Of a DNA stretch of 64,000 bases, positions 37,494-45,844 are shown piece by piece. Under the pieces are notes generated by a model. That model saw only the letters and a program-made list of their open reading frames with translations. It ran no database searches and had not been told where the DNA came from. This DNA is from Christensenella sp. UBA4379. Its GTDB lineage: Bacteria > Bacillota > Clostridia > Christensenellales > Aristaeellaceae. How positions within the stretch are numbered: the stretch's first letter is position 1; every line of letters begins with the position of its first letter. The stretch covers positions 7,589 to 71,588 of the forward strand of contig DGRV01000021.1 in assembly GCA_002391225.1 (NCBI GenBank), given 5' to 3'. The translations under genes were made by a program, and so were the position numbers.

Positions 37494-39098
37494 ATGACTT
37501 TGGAATTTCATATCAACAGCACCCTTCCGCGCATCCCGCATAAAAAGCACTGGCAGTTCTGCGTAGGCTCCGCTCACGCCCAGATGGCCCTGCGCACGGA
37601 CTATACGCGGCAGCTGACCTTCATCCACGACACCCTGGGCATTGAGCGGGTACGCTTCCACGGGATTTTCTGCGACGATATGCGCACGCTGAACGACCTG
37701 TCCGTGCAGCTGAACGTGCCCGGGGCGGATCAGTTCACCGAATACAATTTCAACTTCTGCGGCGCCGCCTACGACAACGTGCTGGCCGCCGGCATGAAGC
37801 CGCTGGTGGAGCTGTCCTTCATGCCCGAAAAGCTGGCGCTCAAGGAAGAAGGAAGGCCCGTAAAAGGCGGCTTTTTCTACAAGCCCAACATCGTGCCGCC
37901 CAGGGACTATGCCGCCTGGCGGGACTATCTGCAGGCCTTCGTCCGCTTCCTGCTCCACCGGTACGGGAAGGAAGAAGTCCGCACCTGGTATTTTGAGGTA
38001 TGGAACGAGCCGGACCTGCCCTATGTGTTCTGGAACGGCAGCAGGGACGAGTATTTCCGCCTGTACGAGGAATCCGCCCGGGCCATCAAAGATGTGGACG
38101 AAAAAATCATGGTGGGCGGCCCTTCCACCAGCGGCAGCAAATGGATCAGCAGTTTCGTGGCCTATTGCAGGAAAAACGATGTTCCCCTGGACTTCGTCAC
38201 CACCCACCAGTACGCCGGGGATCCCCTGGGCGGCGTGGAAGACCAGGGCGACGCGGAGGGCCAGGCAGGCGGCTTTGAAGCCTGGCAGGAGCGTCTGCGC
38301 AAGGCAGAGGAAACCCTCCGGCAGGTAAAGGAAAAGACCTTCCTGGCGGGCTACCGCGCCGTCACGCCCGACAAATCGGAGACCACCGAGATCCCGGACG
38401 ACCTGTTCCGCAAAAACGCTGCCCGCGCCCACGAGCAGGCCCAGGGCCTGCCCCTGTATTACACTGAATGGAACGAAAACGCCATCTTCTCCGCCTACAC
38501 CAACGACACCCGCAAGGTGGCCGCCTACGACGTGAAAATGGCCCTGGCCGTGGCCGACCATGTCACCGGCTCCTCCATCTGGTGCTTCAGCGACATCTTT
38601 GAGGAGCTCCATCCCTTCCCGCAGGAATTCCACGGCGGCTTTGGGATGCTGACCCAGCACGGCATCCCCAAGCCCGTCTATTACGCCATGAAGCTGCTGG
38701 CCGACGCCCCGGATACGCGCATCGACCTGGGTGCGGACGCCTTTGACGGCGAAATCGGCGCCGCCGCCTTTGAAGGAAACGGGGAAACCCACGTGATCCT
38801 TTTCCGCCAGAAGATGAAGCAGCTGGACCTGCCCAAGGAAGAAGCCGTAATTCGCTTGGCCTGCCCCGAAAAGCCCCAAAGCGTAACCGTCAGGCGCATC
38901 GACGAAGCCCACGGCAATCCCCTGAAGCTGTGGGAAGAAATGGGCAGTCCTGAAACCATGAGCCCTAAAGAAGCGGAAGAACTGAAAGCAAAGAGCGCCG
39001 TCCAGCCCGAGCCCTGGCCCTTCACCTGGGAAAATGGAGAATTGACCCTCCGCGCCGAACTGGGCGTCAACGACGTATATGGATTTGTAATCAGATAA
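37494..39098 (+). CDS. GH39 beta-xylosidase-like glycosidase
   Basis: YFEVWNEPD, TTHQY and YYTEWN motifs. AAAGGAGA SD. Confidence 0.85.
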   Translation: MTLEFHINSTLPRIPHKKHWQFCVGSAHAQMALRTDYTRQLTFIHDTLGIERVRFHGIFCDDMRTLNDLSVQLNVPGADQFTEYNFNFCGAAYDNVLAAGMKPLVELSFMPEKLALKEEGRPVKGGFFYKPNIVPPRDYAAWRDYLQAFVRFLLHRYGKEEVRTWYFEVWNEPDLPYVFWNGSRDEYFRLYEESARAIKDVDEKIMVGGPSTSGSKWISSFVAYCRKNDVPLDFVTTHQYAGDPLGGVEDQGDAEGQAGGFEAWQERLRKAEETLRQVKEKTFLAGYRAVTPDKSETTEIPDDLFRKNAARAHEQAQGLPLYYTEWNENAIFSAYTNDTRKVAAYDVKMALAVADHVTGSSIWCFSDIFEELHPFPQEFHGGFGMLTQHGIPKPVYYAMKLLADAPDTRIDLGADAFDGEIGAAAFEGNGETHVILFRQKMKQLDLPKEEAVIRLACPEKPQSVTVRRIDEAHGNPLKLWEEMGSPETMSPKEAEELKAKSAVQPEPWPFTWENGELTLRAELGVNDVYGFVIR

Positions 39099-39127
39099 AA
39101 AGAAAACATATCCAGATCATGATAAAT

Positions 39128-39161
39128 CGAAAAGGCCAGGGATGGAATGTCCCTGGTCTTT
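39128..39161. terminator. Bidirectional intrinsic terminator between convergent operons
   Basis: CCAGGGA / TCCCTGG stem with an A-run before and a T-run after. Confidence 0.75.
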
Positions 39162-39187
39162 TCAGTGGTATTGATTTCGCTCTTGGT

Positions 39188-39808
39188 TCACTTTCTCCCG
39201 GTCACCGTGTAGATCATGCCCTTGATCTGCCGGGAGTCTGTGACGGTGAAGCCGGTGTTGGTCATCAGCTTTTCGATGCCCTGGCGGTTGGTGGTGCGGC
39301 AGTCGCCGCTCCGCGCCAGCTTAAAAAGGATGTGGTTGTCGATCCACGCGCCGAGGCCGCCGATGCCGGTGTCGGAGAGGATGTACAGGCCGCCGGGCTT
39401 CAATACGCGTTTTGCCTCCAGCATCGCCTGTTCCGGGTAGGGGTAGTGGTGGAAGCTCTGGGAACAGGTGACGATGTCGAAGCTCTCGTCCGGGTAAGGC
39501 AGATGATCGGCGGAGCCCACTGTGAACGATGCGCCGGGGATCGCCTTTTCCTGCGCTACGTGGATCATCTCGTCCGACAGGTCCAGGCCAAAGTACCGGG
39601 CCGCTTTCTGCCTGGTGAGGAGATCAATCAGGAAACCTGTTCCACAGCCGACGTCGAGCAGGGATTCATAGGGAAGAGCCCTTATCTGTTCCGCGATGTC
39701 CCGGCAGCTGATCTTCCCGTTCTGCGAATAGTAATAGGTGTCGCGCTGGTCATACTCGGCGGCCTGACCGTCGAAATGCTTTTTGGATAAGGCTTCGTAG
39801 TCTTTCAT
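39188..39808 (-). CDS. Class I SAM-dependent methyltransferase
   Basis: LLDVGCGTGF motif I and VLKPGGLYI. Confidence 0.85.
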   Translation of the reverse strand: MKDYEALSKKHFDGQAAEYDQRDTYYYSQNGKISCRDIAEQIRALPYESLLDVGCGTGFLIDLLTRQKAARYFGLDLSDEMIHVAQEKAIPGASFTVGSADHLPYPDESFDIVTCSQSFHHYPYPEQAMLEAKRVLKPGGLYILSDTGIGGLGAWIDNHILFKLARSGDCRTTNRQGIEKLMTNTGFTVTDSRQIKGMIYTVTGRK

Positions 39809-39896
39809 GTTGGTTTTCTTCCTTTTCTTGCAATCACCGGGGTTCGCGGCTTTAAGGAATGGCGGCCGCAGGAGGCCTCCGAAAAGCCCGATGATT

Positions 39897-40577
39897 TTAA
39901 TGTTGTTTTTTATACATCAGCATGATCCCGAACCAGATGATCATGCTCTCGCTCATCAGCCCGTTGGTAAAGCCCAGGCGGAAGGCGCTCGGCGGCAGCA
40001 GCAGGGAGACGCCCTTCAGTATGGCGTAGATCACCAGAACATGGGTCAGCGCCATCCATGGGGGAAAGACCGTTTTCCCTGTCACCTGCAGGAAAAACCA
40101 GTACAAAAAGACCGGCAGCATCAGCCCTTCGCTGACCGGCACCAGCCAGGAAAGCTGGGCGAATAATCCTTCGCATACGGGCAGGGCCTCTGCCGCAAGG
40201 CCGTTTTGGCGCATCCAGGAAAACAGGGTCAGGATCATCACATAGAACAGATGCAGGGCGATCCAGGGGGTCAGGCCGAAGATGTTGAGAACATGATATG
40301 CCCTTTGATGCTTTTCCGCTGGGATGTACCCTTGCACGGCAAACAGGGCGATGCCGTACAGGATGATGCCCGGGAAGGCCAGGGCCATGGCCAGGTTGTA
40401 GCGCCACTGGGGGATGGCGGCTGTGCCGGCCGTCAGCCAGGAAAGGGTCCCCATGGGCGTGGGATCGCCGTACATCATCAGCCAGTCGCCCCCGCCGTAG
40501 CACAGGCAGCCCAGGATGCCGCAGACCAGCGCGGCCTTTTGGTTCTTGAGAAGTTTGTTCACCTTTTCCTCCGTCAC
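39897..40577 (-). CDS. Polytopic membrane protein, paralog of 41186..41926
   Basis: Shared N-terminal pattern GILGCLCYGGGDWLMMYG versus GIVGCLLYMLGDYLFAATG. About 7 hydrophobic segments. Confidence 0.7.
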   Translation of the reverse strand: MTEEKVNKLLKNQKAALVCGILGCLCYGGGDWLMMYGDPTPMGTLSWLTAGTAAIPQWRYNLAMALAFPGIILYGIALFAVQGYIPAEKHQRAYHVLNIFGLTPWIALHLFYVMILTLFSWMRQNGLAAEALPVCEGLFAQLSWLVPVSEGLMLPVFLYWFFLQVTGKTVFPPWMALTHVLVIYAILKGVSLLLPPSAFRLGFTNGLMSESMIIWFGIMLMYKKQH

Positions 40578-41179
40578 GTTTTTTTCGTCATCACCGCCAC
40601 GGCGCAGGGGATGCGGCCGTCCGCCAGGGTAATCCGCACGTCATTGTACCCCGCGTCCAGAAAGAACTGGCGGTAGCTTTCCAAAGTAAACTGCCGTTTG
40701 AAATCCGCTCCGGCCCTGCCCACGGCGGAAGCAAAGGAGCTGGTCTTTCCCGTTCGCCCCTTGTTCATGTAGGTGGGGATGATCAGCTGTCCGCCGTCCC
40801 TGCACACCCGGTTGAGCTCGCCGAGGGCCTTCAGGGGCTCGTCCAGCAGGTGAATCACATTCCCGGCCACCACCTTGTCAAAGGCCCCGTCCGGCTCGTC
40901 CAGCGCGGTGATGTCCGCCTGACGGAAGGTGATGTTCCCATAGGCCGCGCAGTTCTTTTCCGCCCGTTTGAGCATCTTCGGGGCAAAATCCGTGGCCGTC
41001 AGGACTTTGCATTTTTCGGCGATTACTTTGGTGAGCAGGCCCGTCCCGCAGGCACACTCCAGCACCCGGTCATTCGGCCCGATCAGTTCCGCGACGATGC
41101 GCCTGAGCGCCTGGTGGGTTTTCCGGTTGATCCCGTTCACAAACAGATCATAGACGCCCGCTGCCCGATCCCAGAACAT
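40574..41179 (-). CDS. Class I SAM-dependent methyltransferase (different subfamily from 39188..39808)
   Basis: VLECACGTGLLT motif I. Has a 4-nt overlap with the downstream gene. Confidence 0.85.
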   Translation of the reverse strand: MFWDRAAGVYDLFVNGINRKTHQALRRIVAELIGPNDRVLECACGTGLLTKVIAEKCKVLTATDFAPKMLKRAEKNCAAYGNITFRQADITALDEPDGAFDKVVAGNVIHLLDEPLKALGELNRVCRDGGQLIIPTYMNKGRTGKTSSFASAVGRAGADFKRQFTLESYRQFFLDAGYNDVRITLADGRIPCAVAVMTKKT

Positions 41180-41185
41180 AGGATC

Positions 41186-41926
41186 TCACTCCAATTCTTT
41201 GTTCCGCTGCATTTCCTTAAGCAGAATCAGCCCGAGCAGCAGGACCAGCGCGTGGCCGAAGGACTCCGTTCCGTGATCCAGCTGGTTGATGGGCCAGGGA
41301 AGCAGGCTCAGCAGATTGCCCACGAGGCCCGGCAGCATGAGCGGGTTGCACAGGGTCGCAAGCACCCTTACGGCGGTGCTTTTAAGCGGAATGATCCTTT
41401 TCCAGACCAGGGTAATCATGATCACCGTCAGGCCGGCGTCGCAGACGAGATAGGCGATCGCCATGCCCGGGGCGTTGGCGTAAAACACCCGGTTGGCGAT
41501 GTCCGCCGCCGTTTGCATGTCGCCGTAAGCCTGAAACACATATTTAAAAATCAGCGCGTCCGTCATGAACATGGCATGGACCCAGGCCCAGGCTACCGTG
41601 CCCATGATGTACGCCGCCCGGAACAGCCTGACCCAAACCTGATCCTTCGGCACGGTGATATGAATCCGGAGCAGCTTGTACATCTGATGAAAGCCCATGT
41701 AATAGAGCAGCGTCCCCACAAAGCCGCACAGGATGCTGGCCGCCATCCGCCACGTGGCCATATCCAGATAGGCCACCTTGGTAAACAGGCCGATGGTTTC
41801 GGTGGTCTGGCCCTTTCCGGTAGCGGCGAACAGATAATCCCCCAGCATGTACAGAAGGCACCCGACGATGCCGACGGTCAGCAGCTTTTTCGCCTTTTGC
41901 GCGTTCATCTCTTCTAAAATAAACAT
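41186..41926 (-). CDS. Polytopic membrane protein, paralog of 39897..40577
   Basis: Start MFILEEMNAQ after GAGGAG. The alternative start is 41908. Confidence 0.7.
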   Translation of the reverse strand: MFILEEMNAQKAKKLLTVGIVGCLLYMLGDYLFAATGKGQTTETIGLFTKVAYLDMATWRMAASILCGFVGTLLYYMGFHQMYKLLRIHITVPKDQVWVRLFRAAYIMGTVAWAWVHAMFMTDALIFKYVFQAYGDMQTAADIANRVFYANAPGMAIAYLVCDAGLTVIMITLVWKRIIPLKSTAVRVLATLCNPLMLPGLVGNLLSLLPWPINQLDHGTESFGHALVLLLGLILLKEMQRNKELE

Positions 41927-42088
41927 CAGATGTTGCTCCTCGTTGACCAAATGTGAATTAGTTAAATCTAACGTAATCCTAAAAAAGAAAGCCCGCCGCA
42001 CAGCCATCCGCTGCGGATTCCTGCCTGACAGGATGTTAGTTACCGCTTACTATTATACCTCACACGGACTTGTTTTTCAAGGCTTTTA

Positions 42089-42444
42089 TCAGGCTTTTTC
42101 GTCCTGCTCAAGGATTCGCTCGATTACGTTCACAAACCCGTTGAATCCGATCATCCCGCTGACCAGCGCCGATTGCTTTCCGCATTGAATGAGGCAGGCG
42201 GGCAGTCCGCGAATGCCGAGGGAATGGGTGTACGCCAGGTCCTTCTGAAAAGCTGCCTGCGCGCTCCCGTCCGTATCGTGACGCCGAAACAGATCTTCAT
42301 CGATGCCCCGCTTCTGAAGCTTACGCGGATCAGCTCCTCGTTAAGCGTCGTCTGCCGTCCCTCCGCGATGGTGGCGCGGCGTAAGCGGCGCAGATCATCG
42401 TCCGCCTTCTCCGGGGCTGTCAGCTGGGCCGCCTTAAACGGCAT
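42089..42444 (-). pseudogene. DsbA/FrnE-family thiol oxidoreductase remnant (N-terminal CxxC part missing, internal frameshift)
   Basis: Frame A reads MPFKAAQLTAPEKADDDLRRLRRATIAEG...ELIRV. Frame B reads ...GIDEDLFRRHDTDGSAQAAFQKDLAYTHSLGIRGLPACLIQCGKQSALVSG... Confidence 0.5.
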
Positions 42445-42565
42445 CGTTTTTCCTCCAATTCTGCAGCTGCGCCAGGATTTTGTCCGCCACCTCCTGATGC
42501 TTCCTCTGATAGGTGTGGCCGGTTTTTTCGATGAAGATGAGCTGGTTTTCCCGGGCGGTCCATCC
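42434..42565 (-). pseudogene. C-terminal fragment (about 40 aa) of an alpha/beta hydrolase
   Basis: GWTARENQLIFIEKTGHTYQRKHQEVADKILAQLQNW. Its stop overlaps the ATG of the DsbA-like remnant. The frame is closed just upstream. Confidence 0.4.
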
Positions 42566-42569
42566 CCTG

Positions 42570-42767
42570 CGGCGGCTGATCGGCTTTGAGCGCCTTTACA
42601 GCCTCGCTCCCGGCGAAAGCAGGCGGGCCGAATTCATCGTCAAACCCGGCGATCTGGAAATCTACATAGAGTCGGAAGGCCGGAAGCTGGTGGAGCCCGG
42701 CGCCTACCTCCTTTACGCCGGCGGCTCCTGCCTGGATGAGCGCGTGTGCGCTCAGATCGATCTGTAA
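42570..42767 (+). pseudogene. C-terminal Fn3-like fragment of a GH3 beta-glucosidase
   Basis: RRLIGFERLYSLAPGESRRAEFIVKPGDLEIY...VEPGAYLLYAGGS parallels the C-terminus of the intact GH3 at 16791..18989. No catalytic domain lies upstream. Confidence 0.55.
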
Positions 42768-42782
42768 ACAGAGAAATTTTGT

Positions 42783-43346
42783 ATGAAGAGAAAGACAGCG
42801 AAAGAAATCCTTGTGGATTCCTTCCATGAGCTGGCGAAGGACAGGCAGATTGACAAGATCACCGTCCGGGAGATCGCCGCGAACTGTGGCTATTCCAGCG
42901 CCACCTATTACCGCCAGTTCCGGGACAAGTATGATCTGATCGCCTGGGACTATGCCAAGCAGATCGAAGGGCTCATGCGTCGGATCGGCATGGACGGCTA
43001 TACGTGGAAGCTGGCGCTTTGGGACTGCCTGAGCCATTACCAGGCGGAAAAGGAATATCTAAGCAACATTCTGAAACATACCAGCGGCCATGATTCCTTT
43101 GTCCACTATATGACGGAAATCCACTGTCAGGAGGCTTCCCTCTATATCTGGCGGCGCACGGGCAGGACGTCCCTGGACGCCAAAATGGAAATGTACATCC
43201 GGGTGTACTGCATGGGAACGGTGTGCCTGAGCGCGGAGTGGATTTTGGGGCAGACGGCGGCCACCCTTGAGGAGATGGCGGAGGTCTGCGAAAATTCCCT
43301 GCCCCTGCCGATGCGGCCCCTGATGCTTGAAAATGAGACAGTTTAA
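42783..43346 (+). CDS. TetR/AcrR-family transcriptional regulator
   Basis: N-terminal HTH ITVREIAANCGYSSATYYRQF. Confidence 0.85.
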   Translation: MKRKTAKEILVDSFHELAKDRQIDKITVREIAANCGYSSATYYRQFRDKYDLIAWDYAKQIEGLMRRIGMDGYTWKLALWDCLSHYQAEKEYLSNILKHTSGHDSFVHYMTEIHCQEASLYIWRRTGRTSLDAKMEMYIRVYCMGTVCLSAEWILGQTAATLEEMAEVCENSLPLPMRPLMLENETV

Positions 43347-43387
43347 GGAAAACGCTTCATCATGATACACGGCGAAAAGATTCTCTG

Positions 43388-43416
43388 TTGCATTTTGCGG
43401 CGGAAAGGTCTATGAT
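43388..43416 (+). promoter_or_regulatory. Promoter of the flavodoxin operon
   Basis: TTGCAT, 17-nt spacer, TATGAT. Confidence 0.5.
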
Positions 43417-43423
43417 CTCCAAA

Positions 43424-43441
43424 GTAGTCGTGCGCGACTAC
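43424..43441. promoter_or_regulatory. Perfect palindrome (operator or 5'-terminal stem-loop), copy 1
   Basis: GTAGTCG-TGCG-CGACTAC lies 8 nt after the -10 element. The 16-nt core recurs at 50370..50385. Confidence 0.5.
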
Positions 43442-43513
43442 GATGCATGAGCTTCGGGAGACTTTGGGACCGCCGGAGAAGGACCTTTATCGGAAATGAA
43501 GGAGGACATAACG

Positions 43514-43996
43514 ATGAGCAAGATTTTAGTCGCCTATTTTTCCGCCAGCGGCGTCACCGCCAAGGTGGCCGCCGAGCTTGCGAAGGCTGAAAACGCCGAC
43601 TGCTTTGAGATCAGGCCGGAGAAGCCCTACACGAAGGAAGACCTCGATTATACCGTCAAGGAATCCCGCAGCAATCTCGAAATGGCGGACGAGACCTGCC
43701 GTCCCGCCATCCAGGGCTGCGTCGAAAACATGGCCGATTACGATACCGTATTCGTGGGCTTCCCCATCTGGTGGGGCCGCGAGCCGAGCGTCGTCGACAC
43801 CTTCCTGGAGGCCTATGACTTCACCGGCAAGAAGATCATCCCCTTCTGCACCTCGGGGATGAGCGGGGTGGAAAAGGCCGCCGTGCACATCCAGGGCATC
43901 GTGGGCGAAAACGTGTGCGTGGACGCCGGCAAGCGCCTGGGCGCGGAGGGCAGCGAAGAAGAAGTGAAGCTCTGGACCAAGCTCCTGGGCGTTTAA
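43514..43996 (+). CDS. Flavodoxin
   Basis: Start MSKILVAYFSASGVT after AAGGAGGA. FVGFPIWWG motif. Confidence 0.9.
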   Translation: MSKILVAYFSASGVTAKVAAELAKAENADCFEIRPEKPYTKEDLDYTVKESRSNLEMADETCRPAIQGCVENMADYDTVFVGFPIWWGREPSVVDTFLEAYDFTGKKIIPFCTSGMSGVEKAAVHIQGIVGENVCVDAGKRLGAEGSEEEVKLWTKLLGV

Positions 43997-44013
43997 AAGA
44001 AGGGAGAAGAAAC

Positions 44014-44196
44014 ATGGACGAGAAGGAAATCATTCTGGAGGCCATGAGGAAAGCCGGAGAGCCTCTGAACGCCGGCAAGGCCGCGGAGCTCACGGGGCTC
44101 GACCGCAAGGTCGTGGACAAGGCCTTTGCCGCCATGAAGAAGGATGGCAGCATCGTTTCTCCCATCCGCTGCAAGTGGGAGCCGGCCAAGAAGTAA
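44014..44196 (+). CDS. Small (60 aa) winged-helix DNA-binding-like protein
   Basis: Start MDEKEIILEAMRKAGEPLNAGKAAELTGLD... after GGGAGAAG. Confidence 0.55.
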   Translation: MDEKEIILEAMRKAGEPLNAGKAAELTGLDRKVVDKAFAAMKKDGSIVSPIRCKWEPAKK

Positions 44197-44280
44197 CTGT
44201 TTTTAGAAAACCGGCATTCCTCCCGCGGGGTGATGCCGGGGGTTTACTTGGAAAAAGATCAGAGATGGAGGAAAACGTCT

Positions 44281-44439
44281 ATGTCTACCGGAGCGATCAT
44301 CGGAATCATCATTGGGGTGCTGGCAGTTTGCTGCTGCTTTACCCATCGCCGCGTCATCCGGGCCCTGATCAAGCACGAGCCCATGCCCAAGGCCCCCAAG
44401 TGGCACGTGTGGGTCAAGCCGGAGAACAGGAGAAGCTGA
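44281..44439 (+). CDS. Hypothetical 52-aa single-pass membrane protein
   Basis: Start MSTGAIIGIIIGVLAVCCCF after GGAGGAAAA. Confidence 0.4.
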   Translation: MSTGAIIGIIIGVLAVCCCFTHRRVIRALIKHEPMPKAPKWHVWVKPENRRS

Positions 44440-44440
44440 T

Positions 44441-44923
44441 TTGCAGGATTTGGAAACAAAGAGCGACGCCCTGCTGCTGGAAAACCAGCTGTGTTTTCCC
44501 CTGTATGCCTGCGCCAAGGAAGTGGTGCGTCAGTACAGAAAGCCGCTGGAGCCCCTGGGGATCACCTACACGCAGTATCTGGTGATGATGGCCCTGTGGG
44601 AATACGGCAGGATGACGGAGCGCCAGCTGGGAAGGCTTCTGCACCTGGAATCCAGCACCCTGGCCCCGCTGCTCAAAAGGCTTGAAAACCTGGGCCTGAT
44701 TGACCGAATCGCCCCTGAAAGCAACGAGCGAAAGCTGTTTCTGGACCTGACGGACAAGGGCCGGGCGATGAAGAAACAGGCGGAAGCGGTGCCCAAAGCC
44801 ATGGGGGGATGCATCCCGCTGGAGGCCGAGGAACTGATGACGCTGAAAAAACTGCTGTGCAAGGCCGTGGAGCGGATGCACAGCGAAAAGGAACGCAAAA
44901 ACGCAGGGAGCGCCTTGAGATAA
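44441..44923 (+). CDS. ohrR: MarR-family regulator of the OhrR (organic hydroperoxide sensing) type
   Basis: LENQLCFPLY sensing-Cys motif, ITYTQYLVMMALWE and LESSTLAPLLKRLENLGLI. These closely parallel Bacillus OhrR as recalled. Uses a TTG start. Confidence 0.75.
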   Translation: MQDLETKSDALLLENQLCFPLYACAKEVVRQYRKPLEPLGITYTQYLVMMALWEYGRMTERQLGRLLHLESSTLAPLLKRLENLGLIDRIAPESNERKLFLDLTDKGRAMKKQAEAVPKAMGGCIPLEAEELMTLKKLLCKAVERMHSEKERKNAGSALR

Positions 44924-45024
44924 AAGGCCCTCCCATACAATCAACACCCATGGACATGGGAGGAGGCACCTCTTTTCATGTCCATGAGGACTCCTTCTTT
45001 TTAAAGAAACTGCTGGGGGAAACG

Positions 45025-45804
45025 ATGAATACAGAGACATTATTGGGCATTTTGATTCCCTTTGTCGGGACCAGTTTGGGCGCGGCCATGGTGTTTGTGC
45101 TGAAAAAGGAAATATCGGCGGTGCTGCAGAAAATCCTGACCGGCTTTGCGGCGGGCGTCATGGTGGCGGCTTCCTTCTGGAGCCTGCTGCAGCCCGCCCT
45201 GGAGAGCAGCGAGCACATGGGGACGCTTTCCTTTCTGCCCGCCGCCGTCGGCTTCCTGATTGGCGTGGGCTTTTTGCTGCTGCTGGACGTGATCACCCCG
45301 CACATGCACCTGGATCATCAGGACGAAGGCCCGAGGTCCGGCCTCAAGCGCACCACCAAGCTGATCCTCGCGGTGACCCTGCACAACATCCCGGAAGGCA
45401 TGGCGGTGGGCGTGGTATACGCGGGCTTCCGTTCCGGCAACGCGGGCATCACCAGCGCGGGCGCCCTGGCCCTGGCCCTGGGCATCGCGATTCAGAACTT
45501 CCCGGAAGGAGCGATCGTCTCCATGCCCCTTCGGGCGGAGGGCATGAGCAAGGGAAAGACCTTCCTGTACGGCGTTCTTTCCGGCGTGGTGGAGCCCATC
45601 GCTGCGGCCGTCACGATTGTCGCCGCCGGCACGGTGGTGCCCATCATGCCTTATCTGCTGGCCTTCGCCGCCGGCGCGATGATGTACGTGGTCGTCGAGG
45701 AGCTGATCCCGGAGATGTCCGAGGGGAAGCACTCCAACTGGGGAACCATCGCCTTTGCGCTGGGCTTCGTGCTGATGATGATCTTGGACGTAACCCTGGG
45801 ATAA
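45025..45804 (+). CDS. zupT: ZIP-family divalent metal (zinc) transporter
   Basis: HNIPEGMAVG and IQNFPEGAIV motifs, with 8 predicted TM segments. Confidence 0.85.
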   Translation: MNTETLLGILIPFVGTSLGAAMVFVLKKEISAVLQKILTGFAAGVMVAASFWSLLQPALESSEHMGTLSFLPAAVGFLIGVGFLLLLDVITPHMHLDHQDEGPRSGLKRTTKLILAVTLHNIPEGMAVGVVYAGFRSGNAGITSAGALALALGIAIQNFPEGAIVSMPLRAEGMSKGKTFLYGVLSGVVEPIAAAVTIVAAGTVVPIMPYLLAFAAGAMMYVVVEELIPEMSEGKHSNWGTIAFALGFVLMMILDVTLG

Positions 45805-45844
45805 AATCGTCTGAACCGGCTGCCGCCTGACGAGGCGTCATCAC

